IMG/VR virus record: IMGVR_UViG_3300042256_000025
Reading direction: 5' to 3' (one strand)
DNA length: 64,000 nt
Source of the DNA: a virus
Taxonomy: Duplodnaviria; Caudoviricetes
A program made the position numbers and the translations under genes. This document shows, piece by piece, positions 9,637 through 20,327 of this stretch. The notes under the pieces are model-generated. The model did no database searches. It worked only from the letters and a program-made list of their open reading frames with translations, and had not been told where the DNA came from. Positions within the stretch are counted from its first letter, which is position 1; each line of letters begins with the position of its first letter.

Positions 9637-9948
9637 CTATGTTACTGGCGAGTGTATTTTAGCTACGTACCGTATTGGGTTAGATTGGCTCGAATGGTCG
9701 AAACCACCGACCGGACGGTGGCCGGAACGATCTAGTGCGTGAGGTCGAAGTCCAAGACGCTGACAATCTCTGCGATGGCGTAACCTACCGACAAAGCGAT
9801 CTCGACCATCTCGTCCCCGACCCCGCATGTCCCCTCGAAAATTAGCGGCAGCGGTGGCATCCTCCCGTTGTTGGGTTGTTACCGCACCCTGTAACTCACG
9901 AGTAAGCAATGACGAGAAGCGCTTTTGGTTATAGTGGTAGAGTTTCAT
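9637..9948 (-). pseudogene. Truncated/chimeric gene
   Basis: Starts MKLYHYNQKRFSSLLT, TAATG-coupled to the helicase stop, then runs into an Arg-rich, GC-rich segment that looks out of frame. Confidence 0.5.
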
Positions 9949-12020
9949 TACCATTCCATCCACTTGGTAGAGTTTGAGTGTACAGCAGGTTCAATGGGCG
10001 GTAACGCTGCAACCAGATCAACGATACCTTCCATTGAGGGCTCCGATAGTGTATCGGTCCCATCGTATTCTACCTTAAATGGCGATTCCATTTTCATAAT
10101 CGCCTCAATCTGATCCTGAGACCATTGTAGAATATCGAGGTTACGGCTACTGATGTTACTTTCTTCACCTGTATCCAGAATTGCCGTATACACGTACGTT
10201 TGGGTATCCGACCCCAGTCGATGAATACGAGATACTGCCTGCTGCAATACGTAGTCACGGAACGGCATGTTGATCAGGATCATGGTATCAGCCATCACCA
10301 AAGGCACCGCCGTTGAGAGACTATCGTAGGTGGCAATCAGTGGATTAAGCTCCGGATTACCCTCAAAGCGCCGTACAGTGTCCGCTAAGACCTTTGTGTT
10401 CTTTCCATAGACCGTAACCGGTTTTAACTTAAGGCTCTCCAGATGGCGGTGTGTGGCCTCTAGTGCCTCTACGTAACTTGTGAAGACCACGGTCTTTTTC
10501 GTGGTCGTACCCATGACGCCCTCAAAGTCGATATGTTTAACCATGTCGACATGGGCATTAATACGTTCACGCCCTAAGACACGCCCCAAGCACTCACCCT
10601 GCACCTTAAGCTTTAAATACTTAACAACAGTCTTGGCCTCTTTAAAGGCTTTACGTAACTCTGGATCGGCAATGCGCGGCATAATGACATTACGCTCGTA
10701 GAGATTGGTTTCTTTAATCTCTTCGGTCACTGACTGCAAACGTCCTCGGTTATGTGCATCGATTACAGTCGCCACTAACCGACGGTAGCGCTTAAATGCT
10801 TTCTCGGCCTCCAACCACTCTTTAGTGTCATCGGTTTCGCCTTCCCAACAAGCACTGGCCTTAATGCCCCGGTCATAGATATCCTGATACTCAGCCTTAT
10901 GCTTTAGGTAGTACCCCACACGCTCTTCGATAAACCGCTGCATCTTAATACTGATCGCGGTCAATGTATAGTCCTTCGCATTCGGTATTTTCACCACCAG
11001 GTTTCGAAAGATCGGGGGCTCTAGCTTAAGTTCCGCCTTCTCTACCTTAAAGGACAATACCCCTAGGCGCTCGGCCAGAATTGTGGTGGCTTTGTTCGCG
11101 TCCCCTGCAAAGATGCGTTTGAACCGATCCATGACCTCATCGGTAAACTTAGGGTCAATGGCTTTAAAGACGGGGATGGTTTCTAAGGTACTGGCCTTTA
11201 TAGGGGTGCCTGAGGCCAGCACTACGTCTTGGGTGTCAATGCGGTTACAGAACTCTATAAACCGCTGAGTGCGCTGTGACGTCATCTCCGCCATGTTGTG
11301 GGACTCATCGAGAATCACCAAGGTCTTACGTTTCTCTAGGTACCGTACCTCTGAGAACGCCTCTTTGAGGGCTTCATAGTGGTAGATAAGGATCTCCTCC
11401 TTATTGTATCGTTGCCCACTACTATAGTACCAATAGCTAGGGGTCTTCTTGTAGACACTTTCGACATTCGCAGCCCACACACGCTCAACTGCGTTCTTAG
11501 GACAAATAATGATGATGTTATCGGCCTCTAGGCATTCACCTAAGGCAAGGCCGGTAAAGGTCTTACCGGAACCGGCAGTAGCCGATAACAACATACCCCG
11601 TAGGCCGTACTGAGGGACGATCTGAGAATAGGTTTCTAAGAACCGTTGCTGGAAGTCTAAGGGTGTCCATTTCAGGTTATTGAGTTGTCGAAAGTTAAGG
11701 CGCTCAGGCATTACGATCTGGGTATTCGCTAACCACGTATTGGCCAGTAACCCTTCCTTTATATGGTGCAGTGCACGTACACTGGTACCCACAGTGCGGG
11801 ACTTGGACAGCTTATCGACAATGTGGTAGAACTCCAGCGCAAAGAAGCTTTCAATTACAACGCTGCCTCTGGAGACATCAGAGAAGATGTATTTAGAGAC
11901 ACGGGAGGTATTGAACATCCGCTTAATATCGCCTTCCATGGTGCGGGTGTGGATGTTCTTGATGTAGATACGGTTATCCCGCTCCTCCACCTTAGGTTTA
12001 CCTAGAATAAAATACGACAT
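9948..12020 (-). CDS. SF2 (SNF2/DEAD-like) helicase, phiKZ gp203-like
   Basis: Walker A ATAGSGKT, DESH, SGTP, QQAVSRIHRLG; C-terminus PSME...KWMEW. Confidence 0.9.
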   Translation of the reverse strand: MSYFILGKPKVEERDNRIYIKNIHTRTMEGDIKRMFNTSRVSKYIFSDVSRGSVVIESFFALEFYHIVDKLSKSRTVGTSVRALHHIKEGLLANTWLANTQIVMPERLNFRQLNNLKWTPLDFQQRFLETYSQIVPQYGLRGMLLSATAGSGKTFTGLALGECLEADNIIIICPKNAVERVWAANVESVYKKTPSYWYYSSGQRYNKEEILIYHYEALKEAFSEVRYLEKRKTLVILDESHNMAEMTSQRTQRFIEFCNRIDTQDVVLASGTPIKASTLETIPVFKAIDPKFTDEVMDRFKRIFAGDANKATTILAERLGVLSFKVEKAELKLEPPIFRNLVVKIPNAKDYTLTAISIKMQRFIEERVGYYLKHKAEYQDIYDRGIKASACWEGETDDTKEWLEAEKAFKRYRRLVATVIDAHNRGRLQSVTEEIKETNLYERNVIMPRIADPELRKAFKEAKTVVKYLKLKVQGECLGRVLGRERINAHVDMVKHIDFEGVMGTTTKKTVVFTSYVEALEATHRHLESLKLKPVTVYGKNTKVLADTVRRFEGNPELNPLIATYDSLSTAVPLVMADTMILINMPFRDYVLQQAVSRIHRLGSDTQTYVYTAILDTGEESNISSRNLDILQWSQDQIEAIMKMESPFKVEYDGTDTLSEPSMEGIVDLVAALPPIEPAVHSNSTKWMEW

Positions 12021-12129
12021 AATGTCTACTCGGAGTTGGTTATAATTCGCTATACCATCTTGGACAATTGGATTCTATAGGTATGTACCGGTCGGATGCT
12101 AGCCCCGACACAACCTTAAGGAAGTTACC

Positions 12130-13410
12130 ATGAGCTATGAAATTAGACTCTTTGGGGTAATACACCGATGCCTGGACGCAGTCATCGGGAATACTGCCCC
12201 ACTGGGAGAACTGTCGCCCTATGGGCGTACCTTCAGTACACAGAAAACCAAGATTGCAGATACCGTACACGAGAACGTGCACGCTTTGGTATTTAACTGC
12301 GCTCGGGATGGGGTTGATCAGCCCATGCCCATTGGTGCTGACCAAGCCATACTCTCTGTACTGGAAACCTTAGTAGAAGACTTTGATAGTACACTGGATT
12401 TCCAAGGTCAGGTGAATAGCCGTTTCCCCGAGATTGCGGATACAGTAGAGTTTCACACCTTTGTCAGTTTTAATGGTTTCATTCTACCAGGTTACTTTGA
12501 GTGGACTGAAGTCGTTAATGGAAACGATGTTCGGTTTATGGTGTGGTTATCGGACAGTGTTTTCCGTGAAACCTATGACCTCTATGAGATTCGGGTAGTC
12601 CCCCCTCTTCCGAACCTCGCTGATCTGGAAACCTCTGAGGCTAACATCCGTGAGGCGCTGGATAACTATTCTGTTACACAGCAAATTGCAGCCCAAGAGG
12701 ATGCACGTGGCGAGGACAGCGTTACCAAGAACACCGCGCTAACCCTGAAATGGGTAGACCCTGACACCAGTGCGGTGCTGAACCTTACCTGGTTGCTCTT
12801 GGTATTCGGTCCTGAGGGTCTACGGTATGAAAACCAGATCGAGGCCATTCGCAATTTCCTTAGGGATGAAACCGGACATATACCCCCACACTGGATCGAG
12901 CTTATTCCCGAGTTAGACAATCGGACAGAGCTTACCTTCCTACCCCTATGGCATCAGATCGCCCTGCGCTCGAGCGGTTCAGTGGACTATGTACACTCTC
13001 CGGTCATTAACCATACTGCGTTTACTGAAACACTGCGCAGGCGTAGCGGTGAGGATCCCGATATGGACCTAGTGGCCGAAACGGATTACGCCATTACCTA
13101 TTATAAGTCAATTGGCTTTATGGTGTACCCGGAGGGGAAAACCAGTGACCCCATGCGATTTACTGAACTCTACCCCGACTATGCGATGATCTCGGTCAAT
13201 GATGTTAACTTGAACCGTCTTCATGCGAATACTCGAGAGGCCTTAAAGGCTATTGAGCGAGGCATTCGTATTGCAGAGGTCGATGAGGGAGGGGATCTGC
13301 CAGAAGGTTTCTTCCGCCAAACCGAGCCACGGTTAAGTTTTATCTGTTACAGTGTCGGAGGCGTTATACACCGTATCGCCACTCGCCAATCGTTTAACGC
13401 AGCGGGGTAA
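12130..13410 (+). CDS. Putative virion structural protein
   Basis: 426-aa ORF with RBS, first gene of the plus-strand structural block. Confidence 0.7.
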   Translation: MSYEIRLFGVIHRCLDAVIGNTAPLGELSPYGRTFSTQKTKIADTVHENVHALVFNCARDGVDQPMPIGADQAILSVLETLVEDFDSTLDFQGQVNSRFPEIADTVEFHTFVSFNGFILPGYFEWTEVVNGNDVRFMVWLSDSVFRETYDLYEIRVVPPLPNLADLETSEANIREALDNYSVTQQIAAQEDARGEDSVTKNTALTLKWVDPDTSAVLNLTWLLLVFGPEGLRYENQIEAIRNFLRDETGHIPPHWIELIPELDNRTELTFLPLWHQIALRSSGSVDYVHSPVINHTAFTETLRRRSGEDPDMDLVAETDYAITYYKSIGFMVYPEGKTSDPMRFTELYPDYAMISVNDVNLNRLHANTREALKAIERGIRIAEVDEGGDLPEGFFRQTEPRLSFICYSVGGVIHRIATRQSFNAAG

Positions 13411-13413
13411 GCC

Positions 13414-14022
13414 ATGTATCCAGTCCCTATTATAGATGCATTGGGGACCTATACGGCCAAGGCACCCTTTGTTATAGAAGACGGTTCGATCTATATTTCG
13501 AAAGCGATTGAGGATTTTACTGCACTGTCCGATCGAGGAATCGATGTCTACAGTCAGTACTACCAGCCCAATGGGTTATCCGAAGCACAGTATGCTGAAG
13601 ATGCGGGGCTTGGGGTTAAGATTGTAACCCTCTACTCCACCACGGGTCACCCTACGCTTTATATTCCGACCAGCTACATTCTAAGCTTCCCCTCAAAGTC
13701 ACTGGTTCCGTATACGGACCTGGTAATGTCGGTCAGCTTAGGACTGGTGCCGGATGCGGTCTCCATGTCAATGCTAGAGAGTGATGTGGACCAGGCCGTA
13801 CAAGATCGAATAGGCGTTGTCCCTAAGATCGACCTACATCGTCTCCCCTTGAATGGTGGCGTAGATTACAATACCCACGTTCGATTGGAAACACTCAGGG
13901 CCGCTAAGCTGCAGTATAAGCCGACTCCCACTGCACAGTTAAACTATTTCATTCAACGGATCTCAGAGCTCGAAGCTGAGAAACTGAGACTGGAAGAAGC
14001 ACTAATTACAACACAGTCATAA
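13414..14022 (+). CDS. Putative virion structural protein
   Basis: 202-aa ORF coupled to the previous gene; C-terminal coiled coil. Confidence 0.7.
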   Translation: MYPVPIIDALGTYTAKAPFVIEDGSIYISKAIEDFTALSDRGIDVYSQYYQPNGLSEAQYAEDAGLGVKIVTLYSTTGHPTLYIPTSYILSFPSKSLVPYTDLVMSVSLGLVPDAVSMSMLESDVDQAVQDRIGVVPKIDLHRLPLNGGVDYNTHVRLETLRAAKLQYKPTPTAQLNYFIQRISELEAEKLRLEEALITTQS

Positions 14023-14053
14023 GTAGGACTCCCTCCAGCTGGAGGGAGTCTAC
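14023..14053. terminator. Bidirectional stem-loop between convergent genes
   Basis: gactccctcca/tggagggagtc inverted repeat. Confidence 0.7.
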
Positions 14054-14055
14054 CT

Positions 14056-15300
14056 TTATGCTTTATGCAGCGTGTACAGATTTACCATGTATCCACCCAG
14101 TACAATAGGGCGGGGCGGCTTCTTTGCAGTTTTAGATAAAGCCGGCAAGCGATCTCGTATGATGGTGTCGTCCATCTTCGGTAGATAGAGGCCACCGGTC
14201 ATCGCAATAGACGCTACGTCGCCATCATACCCATCCACTGTATAGTCCCAGATCCGTGCTCGTTCAGAGACAGCAATGCCTGTGGGCGGATAAGGGTAAT
14301 TAAAAACGCCTGGAATGTCCGTACGGCTTAAAGGACGCTTAGCCAGGTTAACATCATTATTGCGTATAATAATGAGACCACTGAATCCAGCGGTTAACAA
14401 TGGCATAGGGTCAAACTGGCTTAACCCTACTCCCTGTCCATGAAGGTTCATGGGCTGATAGGTGTGTCGATACTGAATCGGAGTATCCAGTACATATTCA
14501 GCACAGGTCTTAAGGTGGAGGGAGAGTATGGCCGTATGGGCATCGAACACATCCACCGCTGACATCAGAAGCTGGGGATGGCCATCGACTACTAAATAAA
14601 GCGTCGCGTCACTTAGGTTACGCTCAGTAACCATTCGATACCGTTTAATGTCCCGTGCCTTATCCGTTGGAGTCTGAGCTAGAGGTTTAAGTTCATCGGC
14701 CGTCAGCGGATGCCATTCAATGGACCCTACCCCCGAGAAATTCCAGACACTTAACGTTTCAATGCCATCCCCGCACTCCGCCATAAACCGCCGGGCGTTG
14801 GGTAGAAAGATTCGATCGTTTACGCGGGTAGGTGGCATGATACGACCATTCACTGTAAAGAGGCACTGCTCTGAAAGGAGATTAGCATAGCCATCGGTAC
14901 CGCTACGGGTGGTAAGGACTACGTCAGTGCGATACGCCGTGGGTATAGGGGTACCGGGACCATAGTTTACGTTACCTATACTTACATCTACAGGGTAATC
15001 CCAGATGTCGGTTACGTGCAGGTGCCCTGCATGCGCCAGCTCCTGAAGCTCACTGTCTCCGACTAAGGTGCCCTCGGCTTGCTTACTGAGCCAATCGCGA
15101 ATCGTCCACCCACGGTCTAGGTTATTGAGTCGTGCGTAGACCAAGGATAGATCTAGTTGAATTGTCTCGGACTCACCGGCCTGTACAAAAAGCTGCGCGG
15201 CGGGATATTCATAATTGGCCATCGCAATAGTAAGGTGACCAATCTCAATCCGTTTCCATCCCGTAGGGGTACGGCCATACGCCTTAGTCAATTTATACAT
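14056..15300 (-). CDS. Putative virion structural protein
   Basis: Start assigned to MYKLTKAYG (GGAGGAG RBS); CLFTVNG motif recalled from phiKZ-like virion proteins. Confidence 0.7.
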   Translation of the reverse strand: MYKLTKAYGRTPTGWKRIEIGHLTIAMANYEYPAAQLFVQAGESETIQLDLSLVYARLNNLDRGWTIRDWLSKQAEGTLVGDSELQELAHAGHLHVTDIWDYPVDVSIGNVNYGPGTPIPTAYRTDVVLTTRSGTDGYANLLSEQCLFTVNGRIMPPTRVNDRIFLPNARRFMAECGDGIETLSVWNFSGVGSIEWHPLTADELKPLAQTPTDKARDIKRYRMVTERNLSDATLYLVVDGHPQLLMSAVDVFDAHTAILSLHLKTCAEYVLDTPIQYRHTYQPMNLHGQGVGLSQFDPMPLLTAGFSGLIIIRNNDVNLAKRPLSRTDIPGVFNYPYPPTGIAVSERARIWDYTVDGYDGDVASIAMTGGLYLPKMDDTIIRDRLPALSKTAKKPPRPIVLGGYMVNLYTLHKA

Positions 15301-15473
15301 AGTAGCTCCTCCCGTACCGTGGTCGGGGTTAATAAAGAAGGTATAGGATTCCACCGGCTAAATACTATGATTAAATAGCCGAATTCGCTATGACGGATGG
15401 GTCGTATAGACGCCGTCCACCGGTAGGCGTTATGCGTTTCGATTAGCCCTCCAGATTATAAAGGCCTTTTATT

Positions 15474-16463
15474 ATGTCATTATTCCCATTCGACCCAACA
15501 GGACGACTGAATGCTAACCGTATTCAGAACGAAGCCCATACAGTCACTGCAATCAACGGCGTTGACCACAACTATTTAATACCGGTAAATGCCCCTTTCT
15601 TTAATGAAAGCATGTCAGTTATTAATGCCGTAACCGGTATGGCTCTGACCGAAAATGAAGATTACTATTTCGGGTATAGCTTCGCACAGGCCACTGAGCA
15701 GACAGGTAAAGCGATATCCGGTGTGATTGTTTTTATTGACCCTGATTTAACTGGTCAGTTTTATCTGAACTACCAGACACTCGGCGGCGAATATGTCGAT
15801 GAAGAAACGCGGGCCATTGAAGATGGTCTAGATACTCTGGATCGTCTACTGAATCCAGATTGGAGCGATTTGGTCAACGTCCCGGCGGTCTTCCCGCCCA
15901 CACCCCATATGCTGCGTTTGGATGAGGTGGTGGGTGTTGCTGAAATCATCGCCCGGCTGGATGAAATCGAGATAGCACTGCGCGATGACCCCCGTCGGAT
16001 TACGATGGGGGATATTGTCGATTTAGAGGAGTCGTACACAGGTCCACTTCTCAATAGCTTAGGTGAGATTGCCCAGACCATTGAACAGATTACACAGGCT
16101 TCTGCCATTCACTACGTTGAGGACTCTACAGTCGCCCGTGATAGTGATATTATCGACCCCTTACCTGATACCTGGTACCCGACGGGGGCCTCTGTAATGG
16201 TAGCAAAGTCTGGTACCTATCACCTTAGCGTGTCAGGTAACCCAAGGGTACTGGGCAGTGTGATTCCGATTGAGGCTGTCTTGCGATTTACTGTAGACGA
16301 TACCCCTGTATCCCAGTCCATTTTATCCACTACCGTTATAGGCCTTACCGCTGGACAGCGGGTTGCGGTTGAAGTAATCGCTCTGGGTGCAGGAGGATCA
16401 CGCATTGCCACAAGTGGCCCTACGTACGGTTGTGGTTTAACCCTATTAAGAGTGAGTGACTGA
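15474..16463 (+). CDS. phiKZ-like virion/baseplate-fibre protein (FDPTG family)
   Basis: N-terminus FPFDPTG..N.I.NE.H, APFF, YQTLGG, WSDLVNVP.VFPP.PH; paralog of 16465 and 26725. Confidence 0.75.
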   Translation: MSLFPFDPTGRLNANRIQNEAHTVTAINGVDHNYLIPVNAPFFNESMSVINAVTGMALTENEDYYFGYSFAQATEQTGKAISGVIVFIDPDLTGQFYLNYQTLGGEYVDEETRAIEDGLDTLDRLLNPDWSDLVNVPAVFPPTPHMLRLDEVVGVAEIIARLDEIEIALRDDPRRITMGDIVDLEESYTGPLLNSLGEIAQTIEQITQASAIHYVEDSTVARDSDIIDPLPDTWYPTGASVMVAKSGTYHLSVSGNPRVLGSVIPIEAVLRFTVDDTPVSQSILSTTVIGLTAGQRVAVEVIALGAGGSRIATSGPTYGCGLTLLRVSD

Positions 16464-16464
16464 T

Positions 16465-18153
16465 ATGGCCGCACAGGATTACCAATACGACCCCAGTGGT
16501 CAGAATCCCGATAATAAAATAGAGGGCGAGGTTCATCCTCTAACGGCTTCAGTCGGGGTTTTCCCAACCGCGGGCCCGTTCTTCCGACACACACTATCGG
16601 TGGAGGGTAGTTATGATGGAATTCGCTTTACACCTTTGACCGCGCGTACCGACTACCGCTTCTCACCGTTATTCATGCGACCCAGTGCCGATTTAGGACG
16701 GGAAATCAACAGCTACATTGTCGTCCATGGTGATTGGCACTATGTCCGCCTTTCCTATCAGGCCTTAGGTCAATATGAGGACGTGGCGCTTCTAACGGAA
16801 GTAACGCGATTAAACTTTGACCGCCGTGACCCCAGAGCCTGGACCCAGATACGAGCACATGGCATTATTGACCCCTCTTCATTTAACCGAGAGTGGAAAG
16901 GGCTGGGTGAGGCAGAGGCGGTTAGCCAAGGGTTTATAAAGATAAAGGAGGCCATTGAGCGTCTAAAGGGCCAAGGCGATAAAGCAACACTGGAGCAGGT
17001 TACTGCACTGGAGATGCGTCAGACTCAGGTAGAGACGCTGGTTGACGGCTCTGAAGCAAACGTCAGTGACCTGATGGCAGAGTTTTCCAACCTGTGGGAA
17101 CTTTACCATACGTTGGAAGACTATTTCCTTCACGGTGGCCAAGGTAACACCCATTACCCAGAAGGGTATACGTATAACTCAGACGGTGCCCTAGATGTCC
17201 ATGTGGTTGACCACGGGTTAGGTACGGACAAGCTGCACTGTGATTTCTGGCAGCTTGATCTGGATGGAAACTACATTCCCTTCGAGGGTCAGGTTCGAAT
17301 TGCAGGAACGGAACAGGTAGAGTTAACGATTGGTGTACCTACCAAAGTAATCGGTGTTGTACGTCCTGCTTCAGACTTTGGATACGTCTATACGGCAGGC
17401 AGTGAGGCCGCCGTCCATACCGTCGCACATAACCTAGATACTGGTTTTCCGGCTATAACGGTGTGGCGTCACAGTTTAGATGGTTGGGTCAAGGATACGC
17501 AGTATACAGCGACTCTGGTAGACGGGAACGTTCTTACAGTATCAAGGGTGCAGCAGGCGATCATTCGCGTCGTAGTAGAACCACCTACTCCTAGAGCCTT
17601 TATATTTAAGGCTCAGGATCCTGCACTGCGTCACCTTATCACCCATTACCTACGCTGTCAGTATTTTACACTGACCTTGTGGGTCAAAGGGACCGATGGT
17701 CAGTTTAAAGAGATCGCAGGTGAGCCTTCAGTTGTCTTACCGTCCTTAAACCATCTGGATGTAGATCTTACTGTCGCCAGTGAGGTGAAGGCGGTATTGC
17801 ATCCGGTTGGGTTAGCGGAAGTCAATTTCGACCAGGATCTTCAGGCTAAACAAATTGAACTTGAGGATACACAGAGCCGCATAGAGGCTCGGCTAGTACA
17901 GATTACCGAGGCCATTGACCTTCTCTCGATTGTCACAACATATGAGTACGACTCTAGTGCACCGAGTTTGGTGCATACGGTCACCCATAGTTTGGACTCG
18001 GTATTTGTAGAGGCCACAGTGTGGGTAGATGATGGAAACGGGAACTTCCAAATTGAATACCCTACGATTACAAGTCTGGATAAGGACCGGATTGTCGTTT
18101 CATTAACCGAGAGTGCCAACGTACATGTGATGGTACGCCGCGGCAGGGCATAA
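16465..18153 (+). CDS. Virion fibre/adaptor protein (FDPTG family) with four HxV/IxHxL modules
   Basis: YQYDPSG.NP.N.I.GE.H N-terminus, coiled coils, and repeats HVVDHGL, HTVAHNL, HLITHYL, HTVTHSL. Confidence 0.75.
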   Translation: MAAQDYQYDPSGQNPDNKIEGEVHPLTASVGVFPTAGPFFRHTLSVEGSYDGIRFTPLTARTDYRFSPLFMRPSADLGREINSYIVVHGDWHYVRLSYQALGQYEDVALLTEVTRLNFDRRDPRAWTQIRAHGIIDPSSFNREWKGLGEAEAVSQGFIKIKEAIERLKGQGDKATLEQVTALEMRQTQVETLVDGSEANVSDLMAEFSNLWELYHTLEDYFLHGGQGNTHYPEGYTYNSDGALDVHVVDHGLGTDKLHCDFWQLDLDGNYIPFEGQVRIAGTEQVELTIGVPTKVIGVVRPASDFGYVYTAGSEAAVHTVAHNLDTGFPAITVWRHSLDGWVKDTQYTATLVDGNVLTVSRVQQAIIRVVVEPPTPRAFIFKAQDPALRHLITHYLRCQYFTLTLWVKGTDGQFKEIAGEPSVVLPSLNHLDVDLTVASEVKAVLHPVGLAEVNFDQDLQAKQIELEDTQSRIEARLVQITEAIDLLSIVTTYEYDSSAPSLVHTVTHSLDSVFVEATVWVDDGNGNFQIEYPTITSLDKDRIVVSLTESANVHVMVRRGRA

Positions 18154-18321
18154 ATAGCTTACTTACCCGCTCCTCTATGGGGCGGGTAAGGGCTATGTCT
18201 GTTTATTAAAAATCACAGATAATATAGCGGGTCACAGTTACTTTACATTCCGTTATTTGGGCCCCTCGTAGAGTGACTCCGCTTAGTAACATCTTCCAAT
18301 TTTATATCTGAGGATATTCTC

Positions 18322-19818
18322 ATGGCATTTCGCAAACATCACGGTATTACGCTGGCGAACAACAGCTGGATTGAAAACATGCATGTTGAACGCCTGGCAG
18401 CCGATCCGAGCCCGCTGGTCGCAGGTCGTCTTTGGTACAATGAGACTGATAAAGTTCTGCGCTTCTCTACCCTGGACGCTGGTGGCGCAGTCGTCATCCG
18501 TGCAATCGCTTCTGCTGAACAACTGCAGAGTGAAATTGCCAACCTGAACAGCACCCTGACTACCTACGTTGACGACGAAATCGCCCTGGTCCAGGGTCAG
18601 GTAGATGCGCTGGGTAATGCGTTCAACTACGTTGGCGTACTGCCGGCACAGACCGGTGTAACCGGCACTGGTACCGATATCGACCCGTTCGTACTGGACG
18701 GTATGTCACCTGGATTCAAAGATGCCGGTGATTACTACAAGGTCACTCAGTCTGGTTACTATCAGTTTGGCGCTACTGCAGCCATCTACGTTGATGTAAA
18801 CGACGGCCTGGTATTCAACACCGCCGGTACCCTGGACCGTATCAACAACCAGCAGTCTGAAGTTGCCGGTACTACAGATGAAGTAGTGGTGACTGGTTCT
18901 GTTGAAACAGGCTTTGTTGTCTCTATCGCTCAGGCGGTTAAGGACTCTATCTTCGGTATTGCCCAGGCAGTAGTAGACGAAACGTCCCGCGCCCAGGCTG
19001 TAGAAGGTGACCTGGTTAACCTGACCACCACCGACAAAACCAACCTGGTTGCTGCTGTAAACGAAGTGGATGCCAATGCTGATGCTAACGCTACCGCTAT
19101 CGCTCAGGAAGTAGCTGACCGTACGGCCGCTGACGTAGTCCTGCAGGGTAACATCGACGCTGAAGCTACTGCCCGTGGTGACGCTGACGCCCTGATTCAG
19201 GGTGAGTTGGATGCCACTCAGGCTGGTGCCGGTCTGGGTACTGATGGTACCTACGCTGCCAATGCAACTGCTAACTACATCGCTACCGCTACAAGCCTGA
19301 AGGGCGCTGATGACGCACTGGACGCTGCACTGAAGGCCGAGGCCGATCGTGCCGCTGCCGCTGAAGCGACTAACGCTCAGGCTATCGCTGATGAAGTGAC
19401 CCGTGCCACTGGTGCTGAGGGTACCCTGCAGGGTAATATCGATGCCGAAGCTCAGGCTCGTGCAGCCGCTGACGGCGACCTGACTACTTTGGCTACCACT
19501 GATAAAACCAACCTGGTAGCGGCTATCAACGAAGTACTGGGTCTGGCCGGCGACGGTACTGACGCCCTGAAGACCGCTATCAACGGTAAGAAGGCCATCT
19601 ACACTGCCGCTACTGCTCAGCTCTCACATACCTTCAACCACGGTTTCGCTGGTTCTGACCTGGTCGTTACTGTACTGGTGTACGATAGCTCTAACAGCAA
19701 GTGGTACAACGATTCTGTACTGGTTGAAGTGGATCCGGCCACTACTACCGTCACTGTACCGTTGCAGGTTGCGGCCATCGTCAAGATCATCGTTGAAGAT
19801 CTGTCTGACATTGCCTAA
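18322..19818 (+). CDS. Abundant fibre/whisker protein
   Basis: Ala-rich coiled-coil repeats (GDL..L.TTDKTNLVAA.NEV twice; LQGNIDAEA twice) and strong codon bias. Confidence 0.75.
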   Translation: MAFRKHHGITLANNSWIENMHVERLAADPSPLVAGRLWYNETDKVLRFSTLDAGGAVVIRAIASAEQLQSEIANLNSTLTTYVDDEIALVQGQVDALGNAFNYVGVLPAQTGVTGTGTDIDPFVLDGMSPGFKDAGDYYKVTQSGYYQFGATAAIYVDVNDGLVFNTAGTLDRINNQQSEVAGTTDEVVVTGSVETGFVVSIAQAVKDSIFGIAQAVVDETSRAQAVEGDLVNLTTTDKTNLVAAVNEVDANADANATAIAQEVADRTAADVVLQGNIDAEATARGDADALIQGELDATQAGAGLGTDGTYAANATANYIATATSLKGADDALDAALKAEADRAAAAEATNAQAIADEVTRATGAEGTLQGNIDAEAQARAAADGDLTTLATTDKTNLVAAINEVLGLAGDGTDALKTAINGKKAIYTAATAQLSHTFNHGFAGSDLVVTVLVYDSSNSKWYNDSVLVEVDPATTTVTVPLQVAAIVKIIVEDLSDIA

Positions 19819-19838
19819 GGCCTAAACGCCTGATACAG

Positions 19839-19870
19839 AGGACGGGCCCTTCGGGGCTCGTCCTTTTTAT
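19839..19870 (+). terminator. Intrinsic terminator
   Basis: aggacgggccc-ttcg-gggctcgtcct followed by a T tract. Confidence 0.85.
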
Positions 19871-19901
19871 TTAGTGTGTCACGGTATTACGGAGACTCTA
19901 C

Positions 19902-20117
19902 ATGACACCCTATCCCTATAAAGATCCCGCGTATTTCACTACCGTCGATGGTCTTTTAGATGAAATCGACCGCATACTGCTACACTTAGAGCACCAGGCT
20001 ATACACATAGACGACCTGAGTCAGGAGAACGATCAGCTGATTTGGTACGGCGATCAAATGAGTTGGTTAAAAATGTACTATGAGCGAGCTGAGAGGTTGT
20101 TGTTAAATGAATCATAA
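19902..20117 (+). CDS. Hypothetical protein
   Basis: 71 aa, GGAG RBS. Confidence 0.6.
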   Translation: MTPYPYKDPAYFTTVDGLLDEIDRILLHLEHQAIHIDDLSQENDQLIWYGDQMSWLKMYYERAERLLLNES

Positions 20118-20316
20118 CTTATCAGGCCATTTTACCCAATGGTTTCGTGTCTCGCGACAGCAGTTAGAGGCGCTGAAGCAGATGCGTGAAACTCAGCCCC
20201 CTGAGGTGCAGTTAGCAATGTTACGTAAGCAGTATGGTCGAATGGCGAATATAACGCGGGTCTGTCAGGGTAAGGCGTACTTCGTAGGGGTTCCCCGCAC
20301 TACATTGAATAACTGA
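20107..20316 (+). CDS. Hypothetical protein
   Basis: 69 aa, overlaps the previous stop, GAGG RBS. Confidence 0.55.
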   Translation: MNHNLSGHFTQWFRVSRQQLEALKQMRETQPPEVQLAMLRKQYGRMANITRVCQGKAYFVGVPRTTLNN

Positions 20317-20327
20317 GGATATCTTCC

